DNA from: a virus | DNA: 64,000 bases | Virus record (IMG/VR): IMGVR_UViG_3300042484_002006 | Reading direction: 5' to 3' (one strand) | In this document: positions 38,199 to 47,911 of the stretch, piece by piece | How the letters are laid out: each line of letters opens with the position of its first letter | Numbering within the stretch: position 1 is the stretch's first letter | Notes under the pieces: generated by a model | What the model was told of the DNA's origin: nothing | Seen by the model: the letters and a program-made list of their open reading frames with translations, nothing else | Databases searched by the model: none | Program-made: the position numbers and the translations under genes

Positions 38199-39875
38199 TT
38201 ACCATTTATTGCGTGATCGTTTGACCTTGTTATCTAGCCATGCTGGCCGAGGATTAGCTTCATAATATTTGCTAATGATTTGACTAGCAGTTCCCTTAGT
38301 CATATCAGAAGTAACAGGTACACCGATACGCTTCAATAGTTTTCTTTGGGCATCAGATGGTCCATCAGATCGCCATGCAGCGTCTGATTCTATTAACTTA
38401 CTGTCGAAGTTATTTGTTATCCAACGATCTGCACGAACAAAAGATTCACGCATATCTTCAGGATAACCTAGAATGTGTGTTTCATTTTTAGTTTGTGAAC
38501 GATAACGAAATTCAACCAGCCATCTACCAAGGGCATCAACATAAATTCTTAAAGAATTATTATTATCGATACCAAGGTGGAAGTCGTTTTCAGCAACTTC
38601 TGCCCATACATATCTAGAATATTGTTGAACAAATTCATTTGGAGGGGGTGGCATAAAGAGATTAATTCTCTTGTAAGCTAACTCTATATCATTAGGATCT
38701 AATACACGAACGGCTTCGCCTGGACAATAGTCCTCGAGCTCCTTATATTTTTTAGCTACCTCAATTAGATCTTGTCCCTGTAAATCGAATTCGGGAGGAA
38801 GACCTAAAAGAGAAGGAAGGCCAATAGGCTTCTTTCCTTTTGTGGTATCTACAAAGTCTAGAATAGTACAATGTGGTTTTCCTTCGTAAAGTCTAGTACC
38901 TCGACCAACAATTTGTGTATACAATAGAGTAGATCTAGTTGGTCTAGCTAGAATGATAGATTGAATACTGGGTTCATCGAAGCCTTCGGTGAGAACACCA
39001 ACATTAACTAGAACTCTGGTTTTACCAGATTTAAAGCGAGCAAGAATATGCTCGCGATCTTGAGTTGAAGTATCGCCTAGAATTACTTCAGTCGGTACTT
39101 GCGTTGCGCTAAAGGATGAGGCCAAGTTGTTCGCGTGTTTGACACCCGCGCAGAATACAATTGCTTTGGATTCTGGAACCAGACTATGATAAGCAGCAAC
39201 AATGTGAGCATTACGCTCAGGGGTATCAATAACATCTTCCAGCTGAGATGCAACGTAATCGCCTTCATTAGTTGCAACTCCAGATATATCTGTTTCTGTT
39301 TTGATTCGATAACCGACTAAAGAACATAAGTAACCATCCTCGATAAGATCTTGTATTGTTTTATAATATACTATCTCATCAAAGACATCTGTCAAGCGGG
39401 TGTTGTCAGATCTTTGAGGAGTAGCTGTGACTCCAAGTAAGAGTGATGGATTAAAGTAATCCAGAATACGTCTATATGTTGGAGCAGCAGCGTGGTGAGC
39501 TTCGTCAATTACTATAGTCTTAAAATAATTTTTAGGATATTTTAAGATACGTTCTGATTCTGCTCGTCCCAAAGTTGGGACTGACGCAACGACAACATCA
39601 CAGTGACCTGCAACATTGTCTGCTTGCTCGATTTGAATGTCAAGTTCAGGATTGGACCAACCAATTTTTTCCTTAGCTTGATATAGAAGTTCTGCACGAT
39701 GTGCTAGAACTAGCATAGGTAGACTGTCATTTTTTGTCTGTGGAAGATGTGAAAAAATAACAGTCTTACCTGCGCCAGTAGGAAGTACAACTAGCTGACG
39801 ATTAATACCTTTATCGGAGAATGCATTGACTGCATCAAGTGCTTCTTGTTGATATGGTCTTAATTGAATAGTCAT
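38199..39875 (-). CDS. SF2 DEAD/DEAH-box helicase (Irc3/type III Res-like)
   Basis: LRPYQ, PTGAGKT, DEAHH, TATP, LTEGFD, QIVGRGTR. Confidence 0.95.
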   Translation of the reverse strand: MTIQLRPYQQEALDAVNAFSDKGINRQLVVLPTGAGKTVIFSHLPQTKNDSLPMLVLAHRAELLYQAKEKIGWSNPELDIQIEQADNVAGHCDVVVASVPTLGRAESERILKYPKNYFKTIVIDEAHHAAAPTYRRILDYFNPSLLLGVTATPQRSDNTRLTDVFDEIVYYKTIQDLIEDGYLCSLVGYRIKTETDISGVATNEGDYVASQLEDVIDTPERNAHIVAAYHSLVPESKAIVFCAGVKHANNLASSFSATQVPTEVILGDTSTQDREHILARFKSGKTRVLVNVGVLTEGFDEPSIQSIILARPTRSTLLYTQIVGRGTRLYEGKPHCTILDFVDTTKGKKPIGLPSLLGLPPEFDLQGQDLIEVAKKYKELEDYCPGEAVRVLDPNDIELAYKRINLFMPPPPNEFVQQYSRYVWAEVAENDFHLGIDNNNSLRIYVDALGRWLVEFRYRSQTKNETHILGYPEDMRESFVRADRWITNNFDSKLIESDAAWRSDGPSDAQRKLLKRIGVPVTSDMTKGTASQIISKYYEANPRPAWLDNKVKRSRNKW

Positions 39876-40061
39876 AAGTTCCTTAATTAAAAATAGTTAA
39901 GTTCTCCGTACAATGATTCTGAAGACATCATTTTATTAATGATGTCTTCGAATTCATCTTCGTTAAGAACGGAGGCTTTAATAAAATATTTATTTTTATC
40001 GTCTGAATAAGAGTGAACAATTTTATCATTGTTGTTTTTATTTTTATTCATTATAGATTAC

Positions 40062-40652
40062 CTAACTTTGATTGGACATATCATAATATCCAATTTCATG
40101 ACCTTCGCAAAGATGAACTGTTGCTCCAGTAGTAGTTAAGTATGAAAGTATTTCTGGTGCAGTATAAGCTTGATTGTCTAAGTGCGTTAAGAAATACAGC
40201 ATGGATATCATTTCTTTCATAGGTCCATCGTATTGAGCATCGTCAATATTTAGGATCTCCGATAGATTATCATACCATACAACTGAGTTGTTTTGGAGTA
40301 GATAGGGCAGGGTGATTACCCAGCCTTTGGAATCTGTTAATGCAAACAGATTTAATGTTTCATAAATAGTATTGTCATGATTCATTTTTGCTGTCATAAC
40401 AACAATAGCGGCACTAGAATTAATAGCGCCATATAGATGCATGACTTCTGAAAATTTGACAATAGTATCTTCTAAAGAATCAGGCTTTAGAAATCCAACA
40501 ATTGCAGATTTATTGTCATCATCTTGAAAGAAGACGACAAGTGGATCAACAGTATTATTATTTGTTACTGAAGATTCTACTACACTTTTAAGTATAGAGA
40601 TTTCAGTAGTGATTGGTTTAATGTATTTAATTATTTCTGTATAGTCTATCAT
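40062..40652 (-). CDS. hypothetical protein
   Basis: 196-aa ORF. Confidence 0.7.
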   Translation of the reverse strand: MIDYTEIIKYIKPITTEISILKSVVESSVTNNNTVDPLVVFFQDDDNKSAIVGFLKPDSLEDTIVKFSEVMHLYGAINSSAAIVVMTAKMNHDNTIYETLNLFALTDSKGWVITLPYLLQNNSVVWYDNLSEILNIDDAQYDGPMKEMISMLYFLTHLDNQAYTAPEILSYLTTTGATVHLCEGHEIGYYDMSNQS

Positions 40653-40653
40653 A

Positions 40654-40992
40654 TCAGTACGTGACTAACGCCATGATGGCTGAGAAGATAGCATATGTTT
40701 CGAATAAGTACCATCCGGTAATGAGCATAATCATTGGTACAGATGATACAGCGAAAGTAGCAGCAATAAAAATAAGAGTTTCTACAGACCAGTGGGCTAC
40801 TAAGGCTGAGACTTTTGTTTCAGACTTTTTAAGAAATCTGGAAGTTTTTCCAACAGCTCTACCAACCTTGACAAAAATCCCATTACTGGTTGGCTGACTA
40901 TAAGTGCGAATAGGAGCGGCATTAAAAGTAGAATCATAATTTTTTAAAATTTCCATGAAGTCTATATGGTTAATAGTTAGGGGCATTGACAT
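40654..40992 (-). CDS. membrane protein
   Basis: two C-terminal TM segments; SD AAGGAG. Confidence 0.7.
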   Translation of the reverse strand: MSMPLTINHIDFMEILKNYDSTFNAAPIRTYSQPTSNGIFVKVGRAVGKTSRFLKKSETKVSALVAHWSVETLIFIAATFAVSSVPMIMLITGWYLFETYAIFSAIMALVTY

Positions 40993-41193
40993 TTTATTAT
41001 CTCCTTAATAAAGTTAAAAGATTTTCTTTTTGTATGTACAAGTATTTATTCACATGTCTTACGAGATGTGATAACTATTTCATTTTCGGGAAGCCATCCG
41101 AGCCAATTACTTTTTGTACTCTTAACTAAGATTGATCCTGGTCTATTTTGATTTTCAATAAATTGAAATTCAGGACCATTATCATTAACCCTA

Positions 41194-41670
41194 TTACGAG
41201 TACGGAGGGAAGCTGTCTGGCCATTCTTTTTGATTGTCAAAATTATCATTTATAATTTCCTTAAATTTATTACGTTGTTCCTTTTTATCGTCTAGCATAT
41301 TTGAAATGTCAGACCATAGTTCTTGTAGATCTATTTGAAGATCATCAGGAATTTGTAAATCAGAATCAGATTCACATTCTTTGATGAACTCTTTTAATTC
41401 ATCTTTATCCATGTTAATCATACGATCATATTCGTCAATCCACATACCAATCATGATTGCTTCTGAAAGATCTTCATCAGTCATTCCTGTTTCTTGTTGA
41501 AGTTTTTCATAAGCGCGAATAAAAGGCTTTTTATTTTTAAAATCTTCTGGATTAGTTAAATCACATTGCGATAATAGATCGCCAGTAATTTGATGTTTTC
41601 TGCGAAAAATATATAAATATTTAAAGGCATGGAGTTTTTTTCGTTCAAAGTCTTGTGGACTATAGTTCAT
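41194..41670 (-). CDS. acidic hypothetical protein
   Basis: 158-aa ORF. Confidence 0.65.
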   Translation of the reverse strand: MNYSPQDFERKKLHAFKYLYIFRRKHQITGDLLSQCDLTNPEDFKNKKPFIRAYEKLQQETGMTDEDLSEAIMIGMWIDEYDRMINMDKDELKEFIKECESDSDLQIPDDLQIDLQELWSDISNMLDDKKEQRNKFKEIINDNFDNQKEWPDSFPPYS

Positions 41671-41694
41671 AAGAGTCTATCCTTAAATAAAGAA

Positions 41695-41724
41695 GGGAGT
41701 GACGCCATTGCTGACGCCACTCCC
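41695..41724 (-). terminator. intrinsic terminator after the 849-aa gene
   Basis: GGGAGTG-GCGTCA-GCAA-TGGCGT-CACTCCC then TTCTTTATTT. Confidence 0.8.
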
Positions 41725-41739
41725 ATCTGTGTGAGTAAA

Positions 41740-44289
41740 CTAAATAATTGACTTCGTCAACGTCATAGGACGTGTCGGAGGCATAGTGAATATTACTGGA
41801 GAATTTTCAGAATGAGCATTTTGAAAATCAATAGCCTTAGTATAACGCTGGTTAATACCATTGCTGTCTGGCCAATACCATTCGTCATTCTTCATAATCT
41901 GAATCTTGACTTGACCACTAGTATTGTTATACACAGGGATATTGGCTACGCCATAATACTGTAAAGCTGCTTCCAAATAAGGATAAACAAATCGATTCAT
42001 AACGATTTGATCTGTAACCTTACCATACGAAGTTGGAATTTGGATAGTAGCAGAATACAACGCAAGAACAAAATCAAATCTATCTTGAATTCGTTCATAT
42101 GAATTGATAGTATCTACAATATTTTGGTAGAGATTTTCCCAACTATTGCGCTGGATAACTCCAGTGCTGATAGTTTGTTCAGTGCTGTTGTTGTTGAACA
42201 GTTTCATTCTGAAATCACGTAGTACTGGAATTGCAAAGCAATACATGCGACTACCTAAAGTGTGAATGATTTCAACTGGACGTGCGTTTTCTTGAGACCA
42301 AGCACGAATCTGTTGGACATACTCATTGTAAAATGTACTACACAAGTTAATAAGTTGTGCAATTTTACCTTCATAAAGTTCAACAGTTTCATCATGCTTA
42401 AGAAAGCGAGCAAGCCCACGATCATACCAGATGTATTCATCGATAGGTTTACCTGAGTCAATAACTTCGCGCATCATAACATTAGCTTCGTTATCGATAG
42501 CCATAACATCCTGAGCATCGTCAGGATTAATACATTTATCGATAGCATCTTCCATGGAACAAAGTTGTAGTGGACGATGCTTAGCGATTACCATGGAGTG
42601 AGCCATAGATGCGTTTACAAAACCGCCTACATTGCCACCAGCCATAGCAATCGTGATATCACGAAGAACATCATCTTGAGTATATGGACCAGAACGATTT
42701 ACTTTTGGTTTAGATGCAGAAGGCAAACCTGAGTAAACAACCTGCTTAGCAAGAATAGCTTCGCTTAGACGCTTAGGCCAGTTGCGACCATTAACTTTAG
42801 GAAACTTAACTTGAGTTCCATCAGCTTTGTACCAGCTCGGTGACCATGATCCTTCAACATAACGGAACATAGTATACTCGCCATAGCCATTTGGAGATCT
42901 GACTGCGATAACCATTTTCTCGCCGTCGTTATCTCCGCCTTCTATTTCACGATAGAAGACTTTAAAGAAGTCATCTTGATCGTGACCGCCATGAGATTCA
43001 TACATCTCAAGCCAGTCAATATCATTGACGACATGAACTCCAAGTTCATTGATACGAATAATCGTACCTTCTTCAACTTCTACATCATGACCAGCCATGC
43101 GGACGAGCGATTCCGGAACAATCTGTTCATAGACTGAACAAGGAATTGGAATACGTTCGAGCAGTGGTTTAGCGTGAGAGATGGATACAGTTTCAAAAAG
43201 CCACGGAGATTCCGTAATTTTAAATCCTGCAGCAGTCCAACGATAACCAACATAAGCCATGCGAGCACGTGCTTCGTTATCATTGAGATCATCTTTATCA
43301 CGCCAAGTGCGCTGATAGATATACTTCCAGTTAGTTAACAAGTTGCCACTAGTAGCATCTGCATACATTTTCTTGTATTCTTCCGTGAGCCACATTGTCA
43401 TGTCGCTCTTGCGGAATAGTTTAGGAAAGTTGAGAACAGTCTGATCATCGGTGATGACACGAGACTTTGGTCCTTGAGGTTCTGCTAGAAAACGAAATCC
43501 TTCAGTATATCGGATTTCCTTCTTGACATTAGTACGTGAAGTAATAATATCAATTCCCTCAGGGAGATCTGCAACGAATGCATTGCCTTTAATGAATCCA
43601 TCTGCAAAGATAATGCGAGCATTAAAGACAGATGAATCCAGTAGATCCTTCACAAGATTCTTGCGAATGTGAGGATCATAGTAGTAATCTTGACTATCAG
43701 TAGAATTATCAGGATTATATGTAGGTAGATTCTTTACAGATTCCTGAACGATTCTACGACTAATAACGAAACCGCCATCAAGTAATCTTTCGATTACTTC
43801 AGGATTGCGGAATTCGGATGATACGCCCCAATCATCATTTTTATCTACAAAATTATAACGTGAGAAGTCAGTAGGTTCCACGAATTTAATATTGAGATGG
43901 GTAAAATGAGCATTGAGGAGAGTTGGACGATGAAGCGACTTAAGTCTTTTATTGGTCTTAGGACCAGACATAACTTCATAGCCAAGCTTATCAATAATAC
44001 TCATCCAGCCAGGGCTGTCTTCGATAACTACGAAAACAATCTTGTTCTTATCCACAAGAGCATACTGCACTTTAGGATCATTTACAAGATCTTTCGCACG
44101 ATTGAACTCTTGTTGATTTTGAGGAATCGGAAGAGTATAAACTTTATAACCTCCAGAACCTACGGTATCTAGAGCTTGACGCAGGATACCTGCATCATAG
44201 AATCCAAACTGATAGAATTCACCACCACGAAGCGGTCCACCAAGCAGAGCTTGTAACCGCAGGTTGTGCTCATATATTCGACTTGCCAT
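41740..44289 (-). CDS. putative single-chain two-barrel RNA polymerase (YonO/QDE-1-like), paralog A
   Basis: KRL, DGGFVISRRIV, ARIIFADGFIKGNAFV, GGHDQDDFFKV, RSPNGYGEY; collinear with 56030..58429. Confidence 0.7.
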   Translation of the reverse strand: MASRIYEHNLRLQALLGGPLRGGEFYQFGFYDAGILRQALDTVGSGGYKVYTLPIPQNQQEFNRAKDLVNDPKVQYALVDKNKIVFVVIEDSPGWMSIIDKLGYEVMSGPKTNKRLKSLHRPTLLNAHFTHLNIKFVEPTDFSRYNFVDKNDDWGVSSEFRNPEVIERLLDGGFVISRRIVQESVKNLPTYNPDNSTDSQDYYYDPHIRKNLVKDLLDSSVFNARIIFADGFIKGNAFVADLPEGIDIITSRTNVKKEIRYTEGFRFLAEPQGPKSRVITDDQTVLNFPKLFRKSDMTMWLTEEYKKMYADATSGNLLTNWKYIYQRTWRDKDDLNDNEARARMAYVGYRWTAAGFKITESPWLFETVSISHAKPLLERIPIPCSVYEQIVPESLVRMAGHDVEVEEGTIIRINELGVHVVNDIDWLEMYESHGGHDQDDFFKVFYREIEGGDNDGEKMVIAVRSPNGYGEYTMFRYVEGSWSPSWYKADGTQVKFPKVNGRNWPKRLSEAILAKQVVYSGLPSASKPKVNRSGPYTQDDVLRDITIAMAGGNVGGFVNASMAHSMVIAKHRPLQLCSMEDAIDKCINPDDAQDVMAIDNEANVMMREVIDSGKPIDEYIWYDRGLARFLKHDETVELYEGKIAQLINLCSTFYNEYVQQIRAWSQENARPVEIIHTLGSRMYCFAIPVLRDFRMKLFNNNSTEQTISTGVIQRNSWENLYQNIVDTINSYERIQDRFDFVLALYSATIQIPTSYGKVTDQIVMNRFVYPYLEAALQYYGVANIPVYNNTSGQVKIQIMKNDEWYWPDSNGINQRYTKAIDFQNAHSENSPVIFTMPPTRPMTLTKSII

Positions 44290-44360
44290 TATTGCCTCCT
44301 AATATATTTGTATTTTGTTTGTATTGATAAGTTGTTTTTTTGTATGTATAATAAAAAAAA

Positions 44361-44388
44361 GGACTGCCCGAGTTTCCTCGAGCAGTCC
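44361..44388 (-). terminator. intrinsic terminator
   Basis: GGACTGC...GCAGTCC with a T8 tail on the - strand. Confidence 0.8.
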
Positions 44389-44420
44389 CTTCTTTTGAAT
44401 GAACTAAATTATACTTAAAT

Positions 44421-44933
44421 TTACTTACATCTAGTTGCCCATGGTCTCCATCCGCAACGATTATGTTCCTGACTATATTGCCACATAGCCCACCCTGCAC
44501 GCAGGTTAGTTAGTGGATCAAATAGATCGTCACATGTGTTGAGAATGGATTTGGCTTGCAGCCAACCAGTAGGATTATATTTGTTCTTTTTGCACCAGTA
44601 TCCATTGATTTGGATAAGGCCACGACTACCTCCATTAGGGTCTGACTTATTGAAGGATAGTGTATTGCAGCGGGATTCACGATACATGACTTTACTCAGT
44701 GTAGACCACTGAGATTCTGGCCATCCTGCTTGGATAGCAAGGTCGTGATACTCGCCACATCTACCATAAATAAGTCTACCTAATTCTGTCCAGTTAACTT
44801 GAGAAAAGTCAATTGGGGGATTAGTAGTCTGAACGGCTTGGGCATTAGATGTATTAGTGTTGGTGATTAGAATACCAGCAGATAATAATATTGCTGTTAT
44901 GATTGAGACTATTTTATTGATAGTCATAATCAA
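44421..44933 (-). CDS. secreted SLT/lysozyme-like transglycosylase
   Basis: signal peptide; YRESRC, GLIQIN, LFDPLTNLRAG. Confidence 0.8.
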   Translation of the reverse strand: MIMTINKIVSIITAILLSAGILITNTNTSNAQAVQTTNPPIDFSQVNWTELGRLIYGRCGEYHDLAIQAGWPESQWSTLSKVMYRESRCNTLSFNKSDPNGGSRGLIQINGYWCKKNKYNPTGWLQAKSILNTCDDLFDPLTNLRAGWAMWQYSQEHNRCGWRPWATRCK

Positions 44934-45499
44934 TCACCAAACGTTGATCCAGAGAATCTCCATGGCTTCCAGCCTGAAGCGCTCCATAAGCGGAAAGCAA
45001 ATGTAAGATTATATTCTGGATTGAACATATCTTCAGGGTGAGTCCATCCCATGTCAGATAACCACTCAGAGTGGACCTGATTAATTTGGGTTAAACCACC
45101 ATCATGACCGTTCCATGCATCAGCTTGACATCTGCTTTCGCGATAGATGACCTGCTGAAGATGTTTCCATTCCTCTTCAGGCCAGCCAACTGAGATAGCA
45201 AGATCGTGCCATTCGCCACACTTGCCATAAGTAGCTCTAGCAAGAGCTACCCAATCAACACCAGATAAATCTGGGATTGTTGTAGTTGATGCTGAAGTAT
45301 TTTCAGGAACGGGAACCGTTGTAACAACTGGAACAGTTGTAGTGACAGTTACTGTTATTGGTGGTTGACTACTTTCTACTTTGTTTCCACAAGATGTCAA
45401 CAGAGTAATCAGTAGTATGGTTAGGACACTTAAGAAAGCGACAAGAGTAGTCTTATCATTTCTTAACTGCTTTAGTGTATTAATGAACCTAAATTGCAT
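44930..45499 (-). CDS. lipoprotein SLT/lysozyme-like transglycosylase (paralog)
   Basis: lipobox LTSC; Thr-rich linker; YRESRC, GLTQIN, FNPEYNL. Confidence 0.8.
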   Translation of the reverse strand: MQFRFINTLKQLRNDKTTLVAFLSVLTILLITLLTSCGNKVESSQPPITVTVTTTVPVVTTVPVPENTSASTTTIPDLSGVDWVALARATYGKCGEWHDLAISVGWPEEEWKHLQQVIYRESRCQADAWNGHDGGLTQINQVHSEWLSDMGWTHPEDMFNPEYNLTFAFRLWSASGWKPWRFSGSTFGD

Positions 45500-45671
45500 T
45501 GGTTCGCTCCTTTCGGTAAGCACTTCTTGGAATTTCCAAGTAGTGTATATCGCAGGTTGCGAAACAAGGACTACATGCCTTATGTGGCAGCGGTAAGTTT
45601 TTCCTCATTTCACAAGTTGCCTTGTTACATGTGGGAATTAGTATCCCGTGCCCGTGTGGGGCATGTACTTA

Positions 45672-45857
45672 TTATAGCATAGTTTTTGATGGTGTAACAA
45701 ATTCAGTGGACTTCTCCTTGTTAGGGTCCACAGTAATAGATTCTCGAATTGAACGAACTTCAATAGTAAGTTCTTCGATCCTCTTGGAAACTAATAAGAT
45801 TGACTTTAACAGATTGTTAAAATCTCTTTGGAATCCGTTAGATTCAAAATAGTTCAT
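45672..45857 (-). CDS. small coiled-coil protein
   Basis: SD AAGGAG. Confidence 0.55.
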   Translation of the reverse strand: MNYFESNGFQRDFNNLLKSILLVSKRIEELTIEVRSIRESITVDPNKEKSTEFVTPSKTML

Positions 45858-45981
45858 ATTGTCTCCTTCACTGGGACAGTTACAACGGAGTGCTCAAGCG
45901 TCCGCACGCTTACCTTTTCGCATAGCCACTCCTGCAACCTTATTACTAAGGTAGCATAATAGTACCAAATAATCTTTATTA

Positions 45982-46197
45982 TCACCCTTGTGGGTGAGTA
46001 ATTGTATCAAAATTATTTGTTTCTGCTTTGATAGTGTATTTGCCACGACCAACTTTTTCAAAACGGTTGGCGTTATTTTTTATGTATGTTAAGATAGTAG
46101 GCAACGTACAGTTACAAGAAGCACAGAGTGCTTTGGTAGTTACTGTAGCTCCTACTATTGTGTTGATATATGTTGAAATATTAGTGTGTTTTGACAT
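45982..46197 (-). CDS. small HTH-like protein
   Basis: LPTILTYIK...FEKVGRGKY. Confidence 0.5.
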   Translation of the reverse strand: MSKHTNISTYINTIVGATVTTKALCASCNCTLPTILTYIKNNANRFEKVGRGKYTIKAETNNFDTITHPQG

Positions 46198-46540
46198 TAT
46201 TTTATCCTTACGTTTGTATATAAAGGTGTATAAAACGATGATAAAAATAAAATATTTATAGGGTATTTAATGTGTTTATATGTTTATATGGTTACAAACA
46301 TTATATATATTATGTATGGTTAACCCTGAACTTATATAAATTCAGGGGTATAACATTTTTAGAGTAGTTGATCAACCTCTGCTCAATGGCAGATATTGAA
46401 TACTCCTAGTTAAAAGGAGGCTAAAACTAGAAGCACGGCGAGCTTCTGGGGGCAGTATGCTACAGCTCACAGAGGTTAACCAACGAAGTTAGAAGAATCC
46501 TTTATAGATTCTTCTCTTCAATTTTTTATATGTACCTTTG

Positions 46541-46613
46541 CTCCGAGAGCAGGGCTCGAACCTGCGACCCGCTGATTAACAGTCAGCTGCTCTGCCTACT
46601 GAGCTATCTCGGA
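46541..46613 (-). tRNA. trnN: tRNA-Asn(GUU)
   Basis: cloverleaf; loop CTGTTAA. Confidence 0.93.
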
Positions 46614-46620
46614 TAGATCC

Positions 46621-46905
46621 TTACATAGCTTGATCGTAAGCTTCGGCCAACTTGTTAGGTGGGTTAACGCAGTCATGTGTCGTGATAAGTACATCATGAT
46701 GAGGTTGTTGTGGAGGACATTCCATGCACTCGATAGTAGTGATGTTGTGCTGTGGAATTTCAATAACTAGGGCTAAAGCACATTCGTATATTGGATAGTC
46801 ATTGGGCAAGTTAAACTTGTCCACTTCCTTCATCCATTCACGAATGTCTCCTAGTCTTACTTCAGTAGTATTTTCAATAGCAATGTCTAAGTGTATAAGT
46901 GTCAT
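46621..46905 (-). CDS. hypothetical protein
   Basis: starts 3 nt after tRNA-Arg. Confidence 0.6.
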   Translation of the reverse strand: MTLIHLDIAIENTTEVRLGDIREWMKEVDKFNLPNDYPIYECALALVIEIPQHNITTIECMECPPQQPHHDVLITTHDCVNPPNKLAEAYDQAM

Positions 46906-46908
46906 AAG

Positions 46909-46982
46909 CGCTCCCGGTACGATTCGAACGTACGACCTGCGGATTAGAAGTCCGATGCTCTATCCTGCTGAGCTACGGAAGC
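46909..46982 (-). tRNA. trnR: tRNA-Arg(UCU)
   Basis: cloverleaf; loop CTTCTAA. Confidence 0.93.
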
Positions 46983-46998
46983 ATTGGACTACAGTATA

Positions 46999-47286
46999 TC
47001 AGATAGGGTCGATAACTTCAAGGTCATGAGCATGAATATCCTTCATACTATCTTCAATCCAGTTTTTCAGGTCTATTACGTTTTCTTTGCGGGAACCATA
47101 ACAGGTGTCGCAAATAAGAATACGACCATAGTCGCCATCATGGTCGGAGCCATAACCAGCGTTTAGCCTAAGGCTAATGCCGTTTTTGACATCTTCCCAG
47201 GGTTCGTATGAAGGCTCAGTATTTAGACCCTCAGGCCATTGCTGGCTGAGGTGATTACTGCAGATGAAGCAGTGAGCTTGTTTCAT
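46999..47286 (-). CDS. Zn-ribbon protein
   Basis: CFIC...CDTC; SD GGAGG. Confidence 0.6.
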   Translation of the reverse strand: MKQAHCFICSNHLSQQWPEGLNTEPSYEPWEDVKNGISLRLNAGYGSDHDGDYGRILICDTCYGSRKENVIDLKNWIEDSMKDIHAHDLEVIDPI

Positions 47287-47297
47287 TGTTATCCTCC

Positions 47298-47534
47298 TTA
47301 TTTTAGTGGAAACATTTCCTCCCAGCATTCAGGATGAATGCCAGTTTGAATAATTTCTCTTTGTTGATAATTTAAGTTAGGGAATACATTTTGAATGAGT
47401 TCGCGATTACGCCAATTGGCTAATGCGACTGCATCCAAAGTTATTTGATTAGCTTCTCCACAGTGTATGCAGGTGTTATTAAGAATAACCTGCTTAACGA
47501 TGGAATCAGTAGATGAGAAGTTATATTTCTTCAT
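47298..47534 (-). CDS. Zn-ribbon-like protein
   Basis: CIHC...HPEC. Confidence 0.65.
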   Translation of the reverse strand: MKKYNFSSTDSIVKQVILNNTCIHCGEANQITLDAVALANWRNRELIQNVFPNLNYQQREIIQTGIHPECWEEMFPLK

Positions 47535-47911
47535 TAGTCACAAATGCAGATTCTGTCGAATTGATTGGTTAGACTTTTCAAGTTTGCAATGAATTCTTGA
47601 AGTTGGTCATCAGTATGAATGAAGTAGTTAGACTCACCTTGATTTGTCTGAATTCTAAAGACATGAAAGTTTAAGTTGTCAGTCTCAATACCATCTTTGT
47701 CTTTGACATAGTGTGTAGTGATGTTTACTTGTGGGATTTCTTGGGAATCCAAGTGATAACTTGTATTGATACTAGGCATGAGATGCCTCCTTATTAGTAG
47801 GGTTTGTAGAGGTTTTTTGGTACGAACATTCTTGATTATCCCTGGTGGGAGAGTGTCTGATATCGCAGTTAACACAGCGATAATCATCCTCATCAAGAAT
47901 GACCCATACAT
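47534..47911 (-). CDS. hypothetical protein (start may be 47779)
   Basis: co-oriented ORF. Confidence 0.5.
   Translation of the reverse strand: MYGSFLMRMIIAVLTAISDTLPPGIIKNVRTKKPLQTLLIRRHLMPSINTSYHLDSQEIPQVNITTHYVKDKDGIETDNLNFHVFRIQTNQGESNYFIHTDDQLQEFIANLKSLTNQFDRICICD

Noticed and set aside
42970-42990. Sequencing error deleting the Gly of DxDGD
   Set aside because: In frame, and the same loop length occurs independently in the divergent paralog at about 57110.
33776-46982. Stop-codon reassignment or suppressor tRNAs
   Set aside because: No CUA, UUA or UCA anticodons; ORFs tile densely under the standard bacterial code.
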